Positions 9,420-19,083 of a DNA stretch of 64,000 bases are shown here, piece by piece. This stretch comes from Candidatus Latescibacterota bacterium (GTDB lineage Bacteria; Latescibacterota; UBA2968), in contig OZ220741.1 in NCBI GenBank assembly GCA_965116885.1, positions 2,560,001 through 2,624,000 on the forward strand, read 5' to 3'. The position numbers and the translations under genes were made by a program. How positions within the stretch are numbered: position 1 is the stretch's first letter; the number at the start of each line of letters is the position of its first letter. A model generated the notes under the pieces. The model was given only the letters and a program-made list of their open reading frames with translations, searched no databases and had not been told where the DNA came from.

Positions 9420-10273
9420 GACCCATCTTTCAATTGTGGGTGTAATAGATGAGACAGGTCGCGCACCGCATCGGCCAATCGGGGACCGAATCCCAACAGA
9501 TAAATGCCATTCATCGTCACAATGCGCCGTTTCTGTCCCGCCGGTGTCAATGCTACGCCGGGTACTTTGAGCAGGTCATTCTCACCGCCCAGACTTTCCA
9601 GCCCACTGTCGAGCATCAAAATGACATCGGGTGCAGCAGCGACTAATGCCTCAGATGTTAAAGGTTTATATCCGTCGTATTCGGTCACGGCATTTACGCC
9701 ACCTGCCAAGTTGATCACGGCATCGGCAGATGTATTTTTCCCCGATACTAACATTGTGCCCTGCCCCCGTGCATAGATAAATAATACGCGGGGATGAAGA
9801 GATACTTTCGCGAGCAATTGGCGCGTTTGCTGCATATTGTCAGATAATTTTTGTGCGAGAGCCTCCCCTTTTTCCGTCTTTTTTATTGCGCTGGCAATCA
9901 CACGGATCTTTGTTAAAGCTACATCTACGGTATGTGAGTCGGGCAGTACCACTACCCGTACGTCGGCCTGGCGAATTTGTTCCAGAGCCGCGGGTGGTCC
10001 AGCATCTGCACTGGCCAATACCAGGGTTGGGTTTAGAGACAATACGCCTTCGGCTGAGAGCCGGCGCTGGTATCCCACTTTGGGCAGGGATGTCGCGGCT
10101 TCGGGATATTGGCTGGATGTATCTACACCTACCAGGAGTGAATCGGCGGCGAGTGCGTACACAATCTCTGTGACGTCGCCACCTACCGATACGACGCGCT
10201 GTACGTGTTCATCGGTATGGCCTTGTGTGAATAATCCACAACACAGGATTAGAAGAATGATTACGCGACGCAT
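9416..10273 (-). CDS. hmuT: Heme ABC transporter substrate-binding protein
   Basis: Signal peptide; RVVSVGGDVTEIVYAL; VGYQRRLSAEGVLSL with the heme-ligating Tyr; LLGFGPR. Confidence 0.92.
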   Translation of the reverse strand: MRRVIILLILCCGLFTQGHTDEHVQRVVSVGGDVTEIVYALAADSLLVGVDTSSQYPEAATSLPKVGYQRRLSAEGVLSLNPTLVLASADAGPPAALEQIRQADVRVVVLPDSHTVDVALTKIRVIASAIKKTEKGEALAQKLSDNMQQTRQLLAKVSLHPRVLFIYARGQGTMLVSGKNTSADAVINLAGGVNAVTEYDGYKPLTSEALVAAAPDVILMLDSGLESLGGENDLLKVPGVALTPAGQKRRIVTMNGIYLLGFGPRLADAVRDLSHLLHPQLKDGS

Positions 10274-10596
10274 TAGACCGTCTCCTTGCGCTCAGAGTCC
10301 AGAAAAACCTCGTGAATCTCCAATTGGTTTGAACCTGTAAACGCCTCTTTGGGTAATGATCCCGACCTGGCATGGCCTTTTTGGAATGCCTCGGAATTGA
10401 CCCAATTTTTGAAATGTTCGTGCGATTCCCAAAAGGTGAGCACGATATAGGGATGATCCTTTTTTTTGGGTCTTAATACTTTGTTGGAGATAAAACCCGG
10501 CATGCCATCCACCAGGTGTGCTCGATTGCGAAAACGCTCTTCAAACTGCTCGGCGTATTCTGGATTTACAAAGATGCGATTGGCAACAGCTATCAT
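10273..10596 (-). CDS. Heme-degrading monooxygenase (ABM domain, IsdG/HmoA/MhuD-like)
   Basis: VANRIFV; FEERF..R; PGF; TFWESHEHFKNWVNSEAFQKGH. The Asn/Trp/His pattern fits the IsdG family, and the gene sits inside a heme operon. Confidence 0.85.
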   Translation of the reverse strand: MIAVANRIFVNPEYAEQFEERFRNRAHLVDGMPGFISNKVLRPKKKDHPYIVLTFWESHEHFKNWVNSEAFQKGHARSGSLPKEAFTGSNQLEIHEVFLDSERKETV

Positions 10597-10622
10597 AACA
10601 GACCTCCTGTCTCGTGTTTCAA

Positions 10623-11387
10623 TTACCGAAGCGAGCGCGTCCCGTCGGGTTGAAACGTGTAAGTGAAATTGTAAAAACGCGATTGTGCACCAGCGGATGG
10701 TATTGCGCCACCGCCTTTGTAATAGCTCGTAAATTTGAGCTTGGCATAACGTCTATCTGCGGTGCGTATAATCAGTACGACCCCTGGATTCATCAGGATG
10801 GCATGAGGTGGAAAACCCTCAGGCCCGGTATATGTGTACCATGCTCTGCCGATAGCGGGTAATCCGGTCTGGTCCTGTACATATCCCGATTCAGGCACTG
10901 TGGAAAGGGTATCGTAGTCTGTTGCCGTGAGCGCGATTGCACCGCCTTGACCGGGACCACTGCTGCCGCTGTTGGTTAAGACGGTCGTGGATTTAAACGC
11001 GAGATCCCATTTTGTGGAATTGGAATCTGCCGGTGATACAATGGCACTGTCTCGAAGGCTGTAATACGTGAAGACGTCCTTCCTGTCCGGATCGGCGGGA
11101 ATATCCCGAACGACCACTTCTGTTAGCGTTGTAATGGGCGCAGGGGCTGGCGCGGCTTCACTGCCGAATACCTGGACAAAGAGTAAGAAGTCTGCAAAAT
11201 CAACCGTTCCATTGTTGTCGAGGTCATATAAGGCCTCTGTTGTGCCAAAAGCCTGGGCAAACTGGAGAAAGTCGGGGAAATCGACTGTGCCACTGCCGTC
11301 AAAATCGGCATTGGACGGTGTTTGTGCCAGGGCTGGCGCTGTTGCTAAAACAAAAATACAAAGGGCCAGCAAGTTTAGAGTTTTCAC
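10623..11387 (-). CDS. hmuY: HmuY-family hemophore with N-terminal tandem EF-hand/dockerin-like repeats
   Basis: SPI signal (ALA-Q); DFDGSGTVDFPDF / DLDNNGTVDFADF repeat; Pro/Ala linker; HmuY motifs KWDLAF, NSGSSGPGQGG, WYTY, IIRTADRRYAKLKFTSYY. Confidence 0.85.
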   Translation of the reverse strand: MKTLNLLALCIFVLATAPALAQTPSNADFDGSGTVDFPDFLQFAQAFGTTEALYDLDNNGTVDFADFLLFVQVFGSEAAPAPAPITTLTEVVVRDIPADPDRKDVFTYYSLRDSAIVSPADSNSTKWDLAFKSTTVLTNSGSSGPGQGGAIALTATDYDTLSTVPESGYVQDQTGLPAIGRAWYTYTGPEGFPPHAILMNPGVVLIIRTADRRYAKLKFTSYYKGGGAIPSAGAQSRFYNFTYTFQPDGTRSLR

Positions 11388-11417
11388 GACGGTATCCTCC
11401 CTGAAAATTTGAAGTGA

Positions 11418-13748
11418 TTAGAAGCTCTTTGTCAATCCCACATAGAGTGTTCGCCCGGGCAGTGAAGGGGTGTAGTCCAGTCGTTTTTCATCGAATATGT
11501 TGTCGATGCCCAATTGAACTGTCGCGACTTTGCGTATGTGTTGGGATATGGAGATGTGCCAGAGGTCATAACCCGGTGCATATTCTTCTGGTGCGTCTAA
11601 GATGGTATTTAAGTTGCGGTCGCGATAACCGTATCGCCCTCGATAAACACCGCGCAAACTTCCACTAAAACCGAGTTTCTCATTGTGAAAAAAGAATCGC
11701 ATCGTGGCCATGTGTTTTGAGCGATTGTACAAACCGCCGTATTCGGATATTTCAACGTGGCGCAGCTTGTTGGTTTCTGTGTCAATTTTTACAATTTGAT
11801 CGGCTTCGATTTTGTCCAGGACTTCTTCGTCTCCGGTTTCCAAATACTGATAGCCCGCGGATAAGGTTACGCTTGAGAATGGGCGTAGCGTGAGGTCGCT
11901 TTCTATGCCTTTTGTAAAGACGCGATTGAGGTTGAAATAGGTATAGACACTCTGCCCGCTCATTTTGCGCGCGATGGGCGAGGCTTCAATGAGGTCCTGT
12001 ACGTTATTGCGGAAGAAATTGATTTTGGCGGATATACTGCGTAGGGGGGCGATTTCAATGCCTCCGTTATATGAAACCGCACTTTCAGCGCGAATCTGTT
12101 CCAGTGATTCAACATCTTGCAAGATGGCGGCAATACGGCCTTCGCGTTGTAGTAATGCCAGGCCTTCGTGCATGTATGTCGATCCCAACACGGAATAACC
12201 CACGGAGGGATTTGTAAAATCCAGATACAATTGCTGAAAGGTAGGTGCTTTGAAACCGCTGCCGATAGAGGCGCGGAGGCGCAGAGAGGGTATCGGTTTG
12301 ATGAGGAGTGCTGCTTTGGGGCTTAAACGGGTTGCGTAATCGCTGTGTGCATCAATGCGTCCGCTGAGGACGATGTTGAGATAGGTGGTGGGCAACCATT
12401 CTTCTTGGAGAAAAGCAAAGGCATTTTGCGAGGTTTGCCGTCCACCTGTGATGCGGTCTGCTTTGACCGATTCCCAAATGCCTCCTGCGCCCATTGTGAT
12501 GAGATTTGTTTTTCTCAAGAGCTTTTGGGCCTGTACTTCGGCTTTGTGATAGGTTTGGGCAAAGGTTGAGGCAGAGTAGGTCTCGCCGCTGTTGCGATAG
12601 GTGAGTTCGCTTTTGGTATGGTACCTGGTGGTATAAAATTTTCCCGTTATCTGGAAATCGGGTGTCCATTGAAAGACGATTTTGGGATTGATATTCCAAT
12701 CCGTCAGTCGCGCATCACTGTGGATGGCCTCTATCGCACCGTTTGAGTAGATCTCATCCAGGTTGTACTGGTCTTCTACAAATACCCGCGCTGCAAGCGA
12801 TAGCGTGGTTCGTTGATTGGGGCGGTAAACGATTTTGGGATTTAACGTGTAGGTGACATATTCAGGTGTGGTTGGAGAAATCGTTTCGGGGGTGTGGTCA
12901 TATCCGTCACTTTGGCCTCTGTCAATAAAGAATGAGGTTCCAAGCTCGCGTTGGTGGGTTTCTAATTCGCCGGTGATATTCAAGGAGCCGAAGCTGCCAT
13001 AGCGCGGACGCACAGATATGGAGAATGGTTTTTCAGGCATTCGCGTGATGAGGTTAATCACACCGGCGAGTGCCTCACTGCCATAGAGGGATGATGTAGG
13101 CCCTTTGACGATTTCTACTTGCTCGAGATTGTTCACCAAAAAGCGGTCCAGGTCGAGCGTTCCCGCTGTGCGGCCGATAATGGGTTCGCCATCCAGGAGA
13201 ATAAGCGTATAATCGGGGTCAAAGCCCTGCATCTGTACGCCCATGCCGTGATCTGATATGACGGCCAGCCCGGTTTGTTCTGCCAACAAGCCTCTCAGAT
13301 TTATTACGCCAGAGGCATCAATTTCTCGTTTGGTAATGACCTGCGTTTGGATGGGCGCATTTTCGACTTTGCGAGATGATTTGGTGCCTGTGACAACAAT
13401 CGGCGGTAATGCAATATTCTCGGGTGTCAACATGATGGTCATTCGAGCGGTGGTGTTTGTCGAGATTTTTATCTCTTTTTTTGTGGGATGATATCCTACC
13501 AGACGCGCTATTAGGACGTAATCACCAGCCGGCACATTGTTGAAAGAAAATCGTCCTGTCGATGAACTCACAGTTCCCAATGATGTATTTGCAATGGTGA
13601 TATTCACATTGGACAACGGCGTTCTTTCAGATGTTTGCACCACTCCTTGAATCCGACCTGTTTCATGTTTTGCAGCGACGGCATTGCATTGCCAGGTCAG
13701 GAAGAGGAGCGGTCCAATCCATTTCATTCCATTCATTATGTATCTCAT
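11418..13748 (-). CDS. TonB-dependent (heme) receptor with N-terminal carboxypeptidase-regulatory-like domain
   Basis: IVVTGTK; plug motif EIVKGPTSSLYGSEALAGVINLIT; GFKAPTFQQLY; terminal Phe. Confidence 0.93.
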   Translation of the reverse strand: MRYIMNGMKWIGPLLFLTWQCNAVAAKHETGRIQGVVQTSERTPLSNVNITIANTSLGTVSSSTGRFSFNNVPAGDYVLIARLVGYHPTKKEIKISTNTTARMTIMLTPENIALPPIVVTGTKSSRKVENAPIQTQVITKREIDASGVINLRGLLAEQTGLAVISDHGMGVQMQGFDPDYTLILLDGEPIIGRTAGTLDLDRFLVNNLEQVEIVKGPTSSLYGSEALAGVINLITRMPEKPFSISVRPRYGSFGSLNITGELETHQRELGTSFFIDRGQSDGYDHTPETISPTTPEYVTYTLNPKIVYRPNQRTTLSLAARVFVEDQYNLDEIYSNGAIEAIHSDARLTDWNINPKIVFQWTPDFQITGKFYTTRYHTKSELTYRNSGETYSASTFAQTYHKAEVQAQKLLRKTNLITMGAGGIWESVKADRITGGRQTSQNAFAFLQEEWLPTTYLNIVLSGRIDAHSDYATRLSPKAALLIKPIPSLRLRASIGSGFKAPTFQQLYLDFTNPSVGYSVLGSTYMHEGLALLQREGRIAAILQDVESLEQIRAESAVSYNGGIEIAPLRSISAKINFFRNNVQDLIEASPIARKMSGQSVYTYFNLNRVFTKGIESDLTLRPFSSVTLSAGYQYLETGDEEVLDKIEADQIVKIDTETNKLRHVEISEYGGLYNRSKHMATMRFFFHNEKLGFSGSLRGVYRGRYGYRDRNLNTILDAPEEYAPGYDLWHISISQHIRKVATVQLGIDNIFDEKRLDYTPSLPGRTLYVGLTKSF

Positions 13749-13792
13749 AAGAGCCTCTTTTCCAGGTATTTGCTGCTGGAAATAGTGTTGGT

Positions 13793-14212
13793 TTAGTTGA
13801 GATGAATCTGCTGCGGGTTGTGATGTATTTGAGGCAAGGGGGGTAGTATTGCACCCGAGAAATCATCGCATTCTTTTTGTATGGGCAAAATGTCTGCAAT
13901 CTCGCAGTCTTCGATAAATTCCAGGCGTTCCTGGGCGCTGGCGAGACTGTCGCTCATAAGGCAAAATTCATCTGTGGGGAGCACCAGCGTTGTTGAGCCA
14001 TAATTGACCGTAATATGTGATGCCTCAATCGTGCCCTGTTCGACCTGACTGTGTATTGCAAAAATTGATTGACACAATTTGGCGAAGCAAGTCAGGCACA
14101 TGCAGATGTTGACATAGCCGTAAAAGAGGCAAATGTGGTCTTCTTTGTAGCGATATACACAGATTGGATGTGTGCCTTCGGTGTTGTTCGCCAGGATTTG
14201 TGAATTGTCCAT
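13793..14212 (-). CDS. Cys/His-rich hypothetical protein, first gene of the heme module
   Basis: SD GGAGGA before ATG 14212; 139 aa; internal repeat HICLFYGYVNICMCLTCF / HITVNYGSTTLVLPTDEF. Confidence 0.65.
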   Translation of the reverse strand: MDNSQILANNTEGTHPICVYRYKEDHICLFYGYVNICMCLTCFAKLCQSIFAIHSQVEQGTIEASHITVNYGSTTLVLPTDEFCLMSDSLASAQERLEFIEDCEIADILPIQKECDDFSGAILPPLPQIHHNPQQIHLN

Positions 14213-14286
14213 GGTGTGTTCCTCCAAATAGATGGATTGTGAGAATTTTGGTTGCATGCATGTATGAGATTTATTTTTTTTAATAT

Positions 14287-14367
14287 GCTGCGCCTCCTTT
14301 GAGGTGTGGCTCTCTGCCATCGGTTTTCTGCTTTGACGGGCGATAACCGGTGGCATTTTTGTTTTTT
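14287..14367 (+). ncRNA. Candidate antisense small RNA 1 (two hairpins plus U-tail) in the leader of the heme module
   Basis: GCTGCGCCTC-CTTT-GAGGTGTGGC hairpin, then TGCCATCGGTT...AACCGGTGGCA-TTTTTGTTTTTT. G-U pairs only on the + strand. Promoter unclear. Confidence 0.4.
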
Positions 14368-14377
14368 GTGCAGAACG

Positions 14378-15763
14378 CTACAAGGATTGCAAAAAGGCGA
14401 GCAATGCGTCGCGGTCTGTTTTGGATAAGTTTCGCACGGCTTCGCGCGATTGTTCGGCTTCGCCGCCGTGAAACATAATGGCTTCGAGCAAGGTTCTGGC
14501 TCTGCCATCGTGTAAGTAGGCTGGAACGCCGCTGACGGTTTCCGTGAGTCCAATGCCCCACAGTGGGGGCGTTTTCCACTCGCGGCCATCGGCTTCGTAG
14601 TCCGGGCGATTATCGGCGAGGGCTTCGCCCATGTCGTGGAGCAACAAATCTGTGTAGGGGTGAATGATTTGATCCGATAGTGACGAGATGCTGTGGCTGC
14701 CTGTTTTGAATGTGGTGGTATGGCAACTTGCACAACCGGTTGATTCAAAGAGTGCTTCGCCTCGCAATGTCTGTGGGTCGTCCCACAGACGTCGTGCGGG
14801 TACGGCGAGTGTTTGTAAGTAAAATGTGGTGATGTCCAGTGTCTCCTGTAGGATTTCCGGATCGTCGTTGCGGCCGTCGTGCTGGGGTTGTCCCAGGACG
14901 GATTCCCGAGGGAAATAGGGGTTGGTAACGCCCATGTCTTCGTTGTATGCGCCAGCGGTCTGTTGCAAGAGATCGGGGTTGTTGGCTTTTAGTCCAAAGC
15001 GCCCCAGTTCCATTTGGCCCGTTCGGAAATTGTACACGTAATTGGGGCGGCCCGATATGCCGTCCCGGTTGGCATCTCCGGGATCTGATAGGGCGAGGAT
15101 ATCGGCCTCGGGGATGGCTTCCAGGAGGCCGCGTCCAAATACGGGCGGGGCCATGCGCGCGGACAGGAGTACGCCAGCGGGCAGTGGTTGATATGCGTCA
15201 ACAATGGTGTAGATGGGGTGTTTTAAGTAAACCTGTTCGCCATCGGATAGGGTTTCCGTTGTTTCGTAAAAGCTGACTTGAACACGCGCTTCGAGTGCGA
15301 CGCCATAGTTTGAGCGGTCGCCGAGTTGGACGCCAAAGCCGGGGACAGGTACAGGGCCGCCGTGTGGGGTGAATCCGGGCAGGCTGACGCGCATGAGCAT
15401 GGAGCCGACAAAGGGTGGTTCAGCGCCAAATGCACCGCGTCCCCGTCCGTCGCGCAGATGACATCCCACGCAAGAGGTGTGACTAAATACGGGACCCAGG
15501 CCGGGGTTGACGTCTGCAGGAGCCGTGACAAAGACCTGTTCAAAGGCGAAATCCCCCGCAAAAAATTGGTCGAGTTCGTCGGGTGAGAGTGTTGGTATGG
15601 GCATTTCAAAAGCCTGGCTGGATGCGTCGAAGACGGTTGCCGCCTCCCCGCCAGATAGGGCACTGTCCTCTGAGGGAGTAGGCTCAACTGGATTTTTGCT
15701 GCTACACGCAGAGAAGAACAGCATTGCAGCTATGGTGGATAAAATATGGCGATCTATTTTCAT
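14378..15763 (-). CDS. Di-heme oxidoreductase family lipoprotein (DUF1111-like)
   Basis: Lipobox FFSAC; CVGCH and CASCH heme-c motifs; PYTDLLLHDMG; WKTPPLWG; LHDGRA. Confidence 0.9.
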   Translation of the reverse strand: MKIDRHILSTIAAMLFFSACSSKNPVEPTPSEDSALSGGEAATVFDASSQAFEMPIPTLSPDELDQFFAGDFAFEQVFVTAPADVNPGLGPVFSHTSCVGCHLRDGRGRGAFGAEPPFVGSMLMRVSLPGFTPHGGPVPVPGFGVQLGDRSNYGVALEARVQVSFYETTETLSDGEQVYLKHPIYTIVDAYQPLPAGVLLSARMAPPVFGRGLLEAIPEADILALSDPGDANRDGISGRPNYVYNFRTGQMELGRFGLKANNPDLLQQTAGAYNEDMGVTNPYFPRESVLGQPQHDGRNDDPEILQETLDITTFYLQTLAVPARRLWDDPQTLRGEALFESTGCASCHTTTFKTGSHSISSLSDQIIHPYTDLLLHDMGEALADNRPDYEADGREWKTPPLWGIGLTETVSGVPAYLHDGRARTLLEAIMFHGGEAEQSREAVRNLSKTDRDALLAFLQSL

Positions 15764-15855
15764 AATTCACTAAAGACACTGAACAGTTCACGACGCGAAG
15801 AATAGCCTGCCCAACCCTACCTCAGGACGGAGGAGTTGGACAATGCAAGATCTGG

Positions 15856-16926
15856 CTACTGTTCTGCTACTACGAGAGACATAACATCCCCTTCGAGCGT
15901 TTGTTGCAAGGTTGCAATGGCCTGTTGTGCCGCTGTTATTTGTGCGGCATCGGTGGCGAGGGCGTCGCGGAATGGGAAGGAGATTTTGCCAATTTCTGTG
16001 ATGGTCGCCTGAATTTCCGCTTTGACACGCTGGTCGAGGGCGGAGTTTTTGCTTTTGATAAATTCATCGAGGCCCATTGCTTCAACATTGTGTCCCCCTT
16101 CATAAACATTTTGAATGCTGCGCATGTTGTCTTGAAAATCGAGGAGGGAGTTAAAGCTGAATTGCGATTCCACCAGGCGCGTGTCTTGTTCGGTAAAGGG
16201 ATCGGCTATTTTGCCGTTTCCGACTTCGTCGGCAATGCCAACCATGCCGTTGACCATTTCCTGGACAGCGGCTTTTTGCGTAGTGTAGGCACTGCTCCCC
16301 GCGCCGGCATTGACCACCTGTGCGCGGAAGTTTTCGCCCGAGGCTATCCAACTCGTGTGCAGTGCTACTGCCGCATCTACGAGCAATTCTGTTGCCGCGA
16401 TCAAATAATCGTATTGACGCGGGGTAAAGTCGTCGATGGTTTTGCGGCTGCCCTCGTCAAAGAGCAAAAATTCAATGGTATGAAATCCTTTGAGTTCGTT
16501 GGCGAGGTTGTTGACGGATGTTTTGGTGAGGGGATCGTTGCTGCCCAGGACACCTTCGAGGTCTGTGCGGTTGACCGGCCAGGAATCCAGCGCGGGATCA
16601 TAGCCGCTAAAATCAACGGGTCCGAACAAAAAACCCTCGCTTTGTTCCCAGGGAATACGCGATGCTACCCATTTTGCTCGGGCGGTTGCCAGCGTAGCTG
16701 TCGAGGGATTGTTCTTGAGATTGTTCACCGCGGCGAGGAGATCTCTGGCGGCGGTGTCGAGGTGTTTGTAGGTCGGGATGACTGTTTTGTCGGCAAAGTC
16801 TGCCAAGATGGGTGAAAAATCGTATCCGGGATCGGGTTCTGGTTCTGGCGCGACCGGGCTTGCACCCTTGCTGCTGCATGCCGCGAGGGATAGGGCGAGG
16901 ATGATACTGAGGGTAATGTGTTTCAT
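15856..16926 (-). CDS. Imelysin (peptidase M75-like) iron-regulated lipoprotein
   Basis: Lipobox SLAAC; WEQSEGFLFGP; LDSWP; KGFHTIEFLLF (HxxE motif). Confidence 0.9.
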   Translation of the reverse strand: MKHITLSIILALSLAACSSKGASPVAPEPEPDPGYDFSPILADFADKTVIPTYKHLDTAARDLLAAVNNLKNNPSTATLATARAKWVASRIPWEQSEGFLFGPVDFSGYDPALDSWPVNRTDLEGVLGSNDPLTKTSVNNLANELKGFHTIEFLLFDEGSRKTIDDFTPRQYDYLIAATELLVDAAVALHTSWIASGENFRAQVVNAGAGSSAYTTQKAAVQEMVNGMVGIADEVGNGKIADPFTEQDTRLVESQFSFNSLLDFQDNMRSIQNVYEGGHNVEAMGLDEFIKSKNSALDQRVKAEIQATITEIGKISFPFRDALATDAAQITAAQQAIATLQQTLEGDVMSLVVAEQ

Positions 16927-16944
16927 GGTGATTCTCCTTAAAAG

Positions 16945-18186
16945 TTAGAATTGAAAGCCGAGTGCAAAACTGGCGGTATTTTCGCCGTTGAAGTTGCCCG
17001 TGCCCAACCGACGCATGGCATAGTCGCCTTTCAGGACGACGGCATTGCCCATGGTGTAGTTGATGCCGAGCGTGTAAACGCGGCGTTGGAAACGCGGGTT
17101 GTCAAAAAAGTTCTGTGGCATTTCGGCCATTGTATCGTAGCTATCAAATCGAAAGAACAGGTGGCATTGATCCTCTTTACGCGAAGTGAAGAAGGGCATG
17201 ATGTCGTAACCGGCTTCGGCGTAAAATGCGTACGCTGCACTGGCAACGGGCGTTCTCAAGACGTCGAGGTTGTTGGATAATGTGCGGTTGCGCTCGCTGA
17301 CAATGTCCGCATTTTGCAGGTTTCCGTAGAGGTACATGCCCTGTGCGCGGAAGCGATTGTATCGCAGCACAGCGTGAACGTCAAAAATGGATATGTAGGC
17401 GTCCGTATCTTTCATGTCGGGTTTGGGGCGGTTGTCGGCGCTGTTGCCGCGGTAGCCCGATACGCCAAAGGTGAGACCGTTGATGAGGCGGTAGTCCAAC
17501 CGGCCCACAAGGGCCATGTTGGTTGCGCGGACTTCTTCAAAGCGCGTTTGATGCCCGCCCACAATCCAGTTTTGCGAATCGAAGCCCGTGGCGTCTAAGC
17601 CGTTGACGAGTTGGAGTTGGTAGGTCAGGCGATTGGTATGACCGCTGATTTCAATACCTGTTTCGTGCCATATTGCTGGAATAACCGCGGTCTCCGATTC
17701 GGAGCGGCGGGTGCCAAAAAAATCTGTGGGGTGGTATTGCTCTGTGGTGAGGCCCACCGCGACGTAGAAGTGGCCCAGGCGGATGTTGAAGGCGTCGCTA
17801 AATTCGCGTTTGATGTAGAGTTCTTCGAGGATGACTTCTCCGCCTTTTTCCACTTCGGTTTCGTATTCGCCGAATTCCTCGTATTCGATTTCGAGGGCAC
17901 CGCCTGTGCCGCCGTGTTCGATTTCTACTTCGGTTTCCAGTTCGACACCGCGCAGCAGACGCAATTCCATTTCGAGTGCCAAACGCGCAATATCTATGGT
18001 GGCGCGGCTATCTGGCGGCGAACCCGCTGGGCCGCTTTTCTGGTCGGGACCGTAATCAAAGTGGGAGTAGATGAGTTCACCGTATCCCGTGATTTTAATT
18101 TTGGGTGCTGACTTATGGTCTTCTGCCATGATGCTTATTGGCAGCGCGAGCGTTAGACAGATGCGAAATAAAAGAAGTCGGTTCAT
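16945..18186 (-). CDS. Outer-membrane porin (LbtU/phosphate-porin-like) associated with imelysin
   Basis: Signal peptide; GYGEL; EVEIEHGG..EYEEFGE; WHETG; terminal Phe. Confidence 0.8.
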   Translation of the reverse strand: MNRLLLFRICLTLALPISIMAEDHKSAPKIKITGYGELIYSHFDYGPDQKSGPAGSPPDSRATIDIARLALEMELRLLRGVELETEVEIEHGGTGGALEIEYEEFGEYETEVEKGGEVILEELYIKREFSDAFNIRLGHFYVAVGLTTEQYHPTDFFGTRRSESETAVIPAIWHETGIEISGHTNRLTYQLQLVNGLDATGFDSQNWIVGGHQTRFEEVRATNMALVGRLDYRLINGLTFGVSGYRGNSADNRPKPDMKDTDAYISIFDVHAVLRYNRFRAQGMYLYGNLQNADIVSERNRTLSNNLDVLRTPVASAAYAFYAEAGYDIMPFFTSRKEDQCHLFFRFDSYDTMAEMPQNFFDNPRFQRRVYTLGINYTMGNAVVLKGDYAMRRLGTGNFNGENTASFALGFQF

Positions 18187-18206
18187 AAACCTCCCCTGTG
18201 TGAGTA

Positions 18207-18328
18207 TTGACGCTTAAAAGGCGTGCTGTTATATTGTGTTTTGCAAGCGCAGAGGGTTTGATCTCTCTGTCGCGTGCGTGCGGGTGATCGGTGATGGCCG
18301 GCAAGTCAGAACCGATCGCCCTTTTTTT
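18207..18328 (+). ncRNA. Candidate antisense small RNA 2 with its own sigma-70 promoter
   Basis: TTGACG(18207)-N17-TATATT(18230) with extended TG. Hairpin GCAGAGGG-TTTGA-TCTCTCTGT. Terminator GGGTGATCGGT...ACCGATCGCCC-T7. Confidence 0.6.
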
Positions 18329-19083
18329 CATGTCCGACGGCGCTTTCGGGTGCGCCACCAGATGACCAGGCCAGAGATGGACAGGCCGATCAGGCCCCAG
18401 GCGGCGATGTCGTAGAGATAGACAAACCAGTCGGCGAAGAAATAGCCGGTATGAATCTGGTGCATGATCGTGTAGAGATCTCGTCCGGGTTTTGCGGATT
18501 GGCCTACAGAGGCCCAGGTTTTTCCGCCATTGGAACTGGTGAGCAGGCCGCCCGATGTCCACAGGTTCAAATTTTGGGTGGAGCCTATGCCAATGCGCTG
18601 GAGGCGAATGCCTTCGGCAAGAGGCATAAATCCGAGGCCGACTTGTTCCCATACGATGCCGCCGTCGGTTGAGCGAATGAGGCCCAGGTCTTCGAGGACG
18701 ACGTATATGTGATCGGGATTGTCGGGCGCGTAGGCGATATCCACAGCGCGTTCTGCCGCGAAGAGCATTGGGACTTCGGTCCAGGTTTTTCCGCCGTCTT
18801 CAGAAGAATAAAGTGCCGAGCGCGTGCCGCGATAGAGGTGTTGGGGATCGCGGGGGTCAACCGCAAATGAGAGGGTGCGTTCAGAGGGCGCGCCGAGCAG
18901 ACTGGGGTGATTGAGCAAAAAACCCGAGACAGCGAGGAGTGATAAAAATATGAGTGCGCCGATGCCGACATAGCGATGGAGTTTGCGGAAAAATTCGGCG
19001 CGTTTTTTGCGCGTTTTGGGCTGTTTCTTGTGAAGCGGGATGGTTTTGTTCCGACGTGTGTAGGCTTGAGGTGTAGCACTCAT
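18328..19083 (-). CDS. PepSY-associated TM helix protein with periplasmic BNR/Asp-box repeats
   Basis: FFRKLHRYVG and MHQIHTGYFF TM His motifs; SEDGGKTW, STDGGIVW and SNGGKTW Asp-boxes. Confidence 0.8.
   Translation of the reverse strand: MSATPQAYTRRNKTIPLHKKQPKTRKKRAEFFRKLHRYVGIGALIFLSLLAVSGFLLNHPSLLGAPSERTLSFAVDPRDPQHLYRGTRSALYSSEDGGKTWTEVPMLFAAERAVDIAYAPDNPDHIYVVLEDLGLIRSTDGGIVWEQVGLGFMPLAEGIRLQRIGIGSTQNLNLWTSGGLLTSSNGGKTWASVGQSAKPGRDLYTIMHQIHTGYFFADWFVYLYDIAAWGLIGLSISGLVIWWRTRKRRRT

Noticed and set aside
14213..14356. N-terminal extension of ORF 13793..14356
   Set aside because: It runs through hairpins and an AT-rich tract; a strong SD supports the ATG at 14212.
15806..15843. Fourth antisense sRNA between imelysin and the di-heme gene
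   Set aside because: The hairpin has G-U pairs on the - (mRNA) strand, no U-tail and no promoter; it is more likely an mRNA-stabilising stem.
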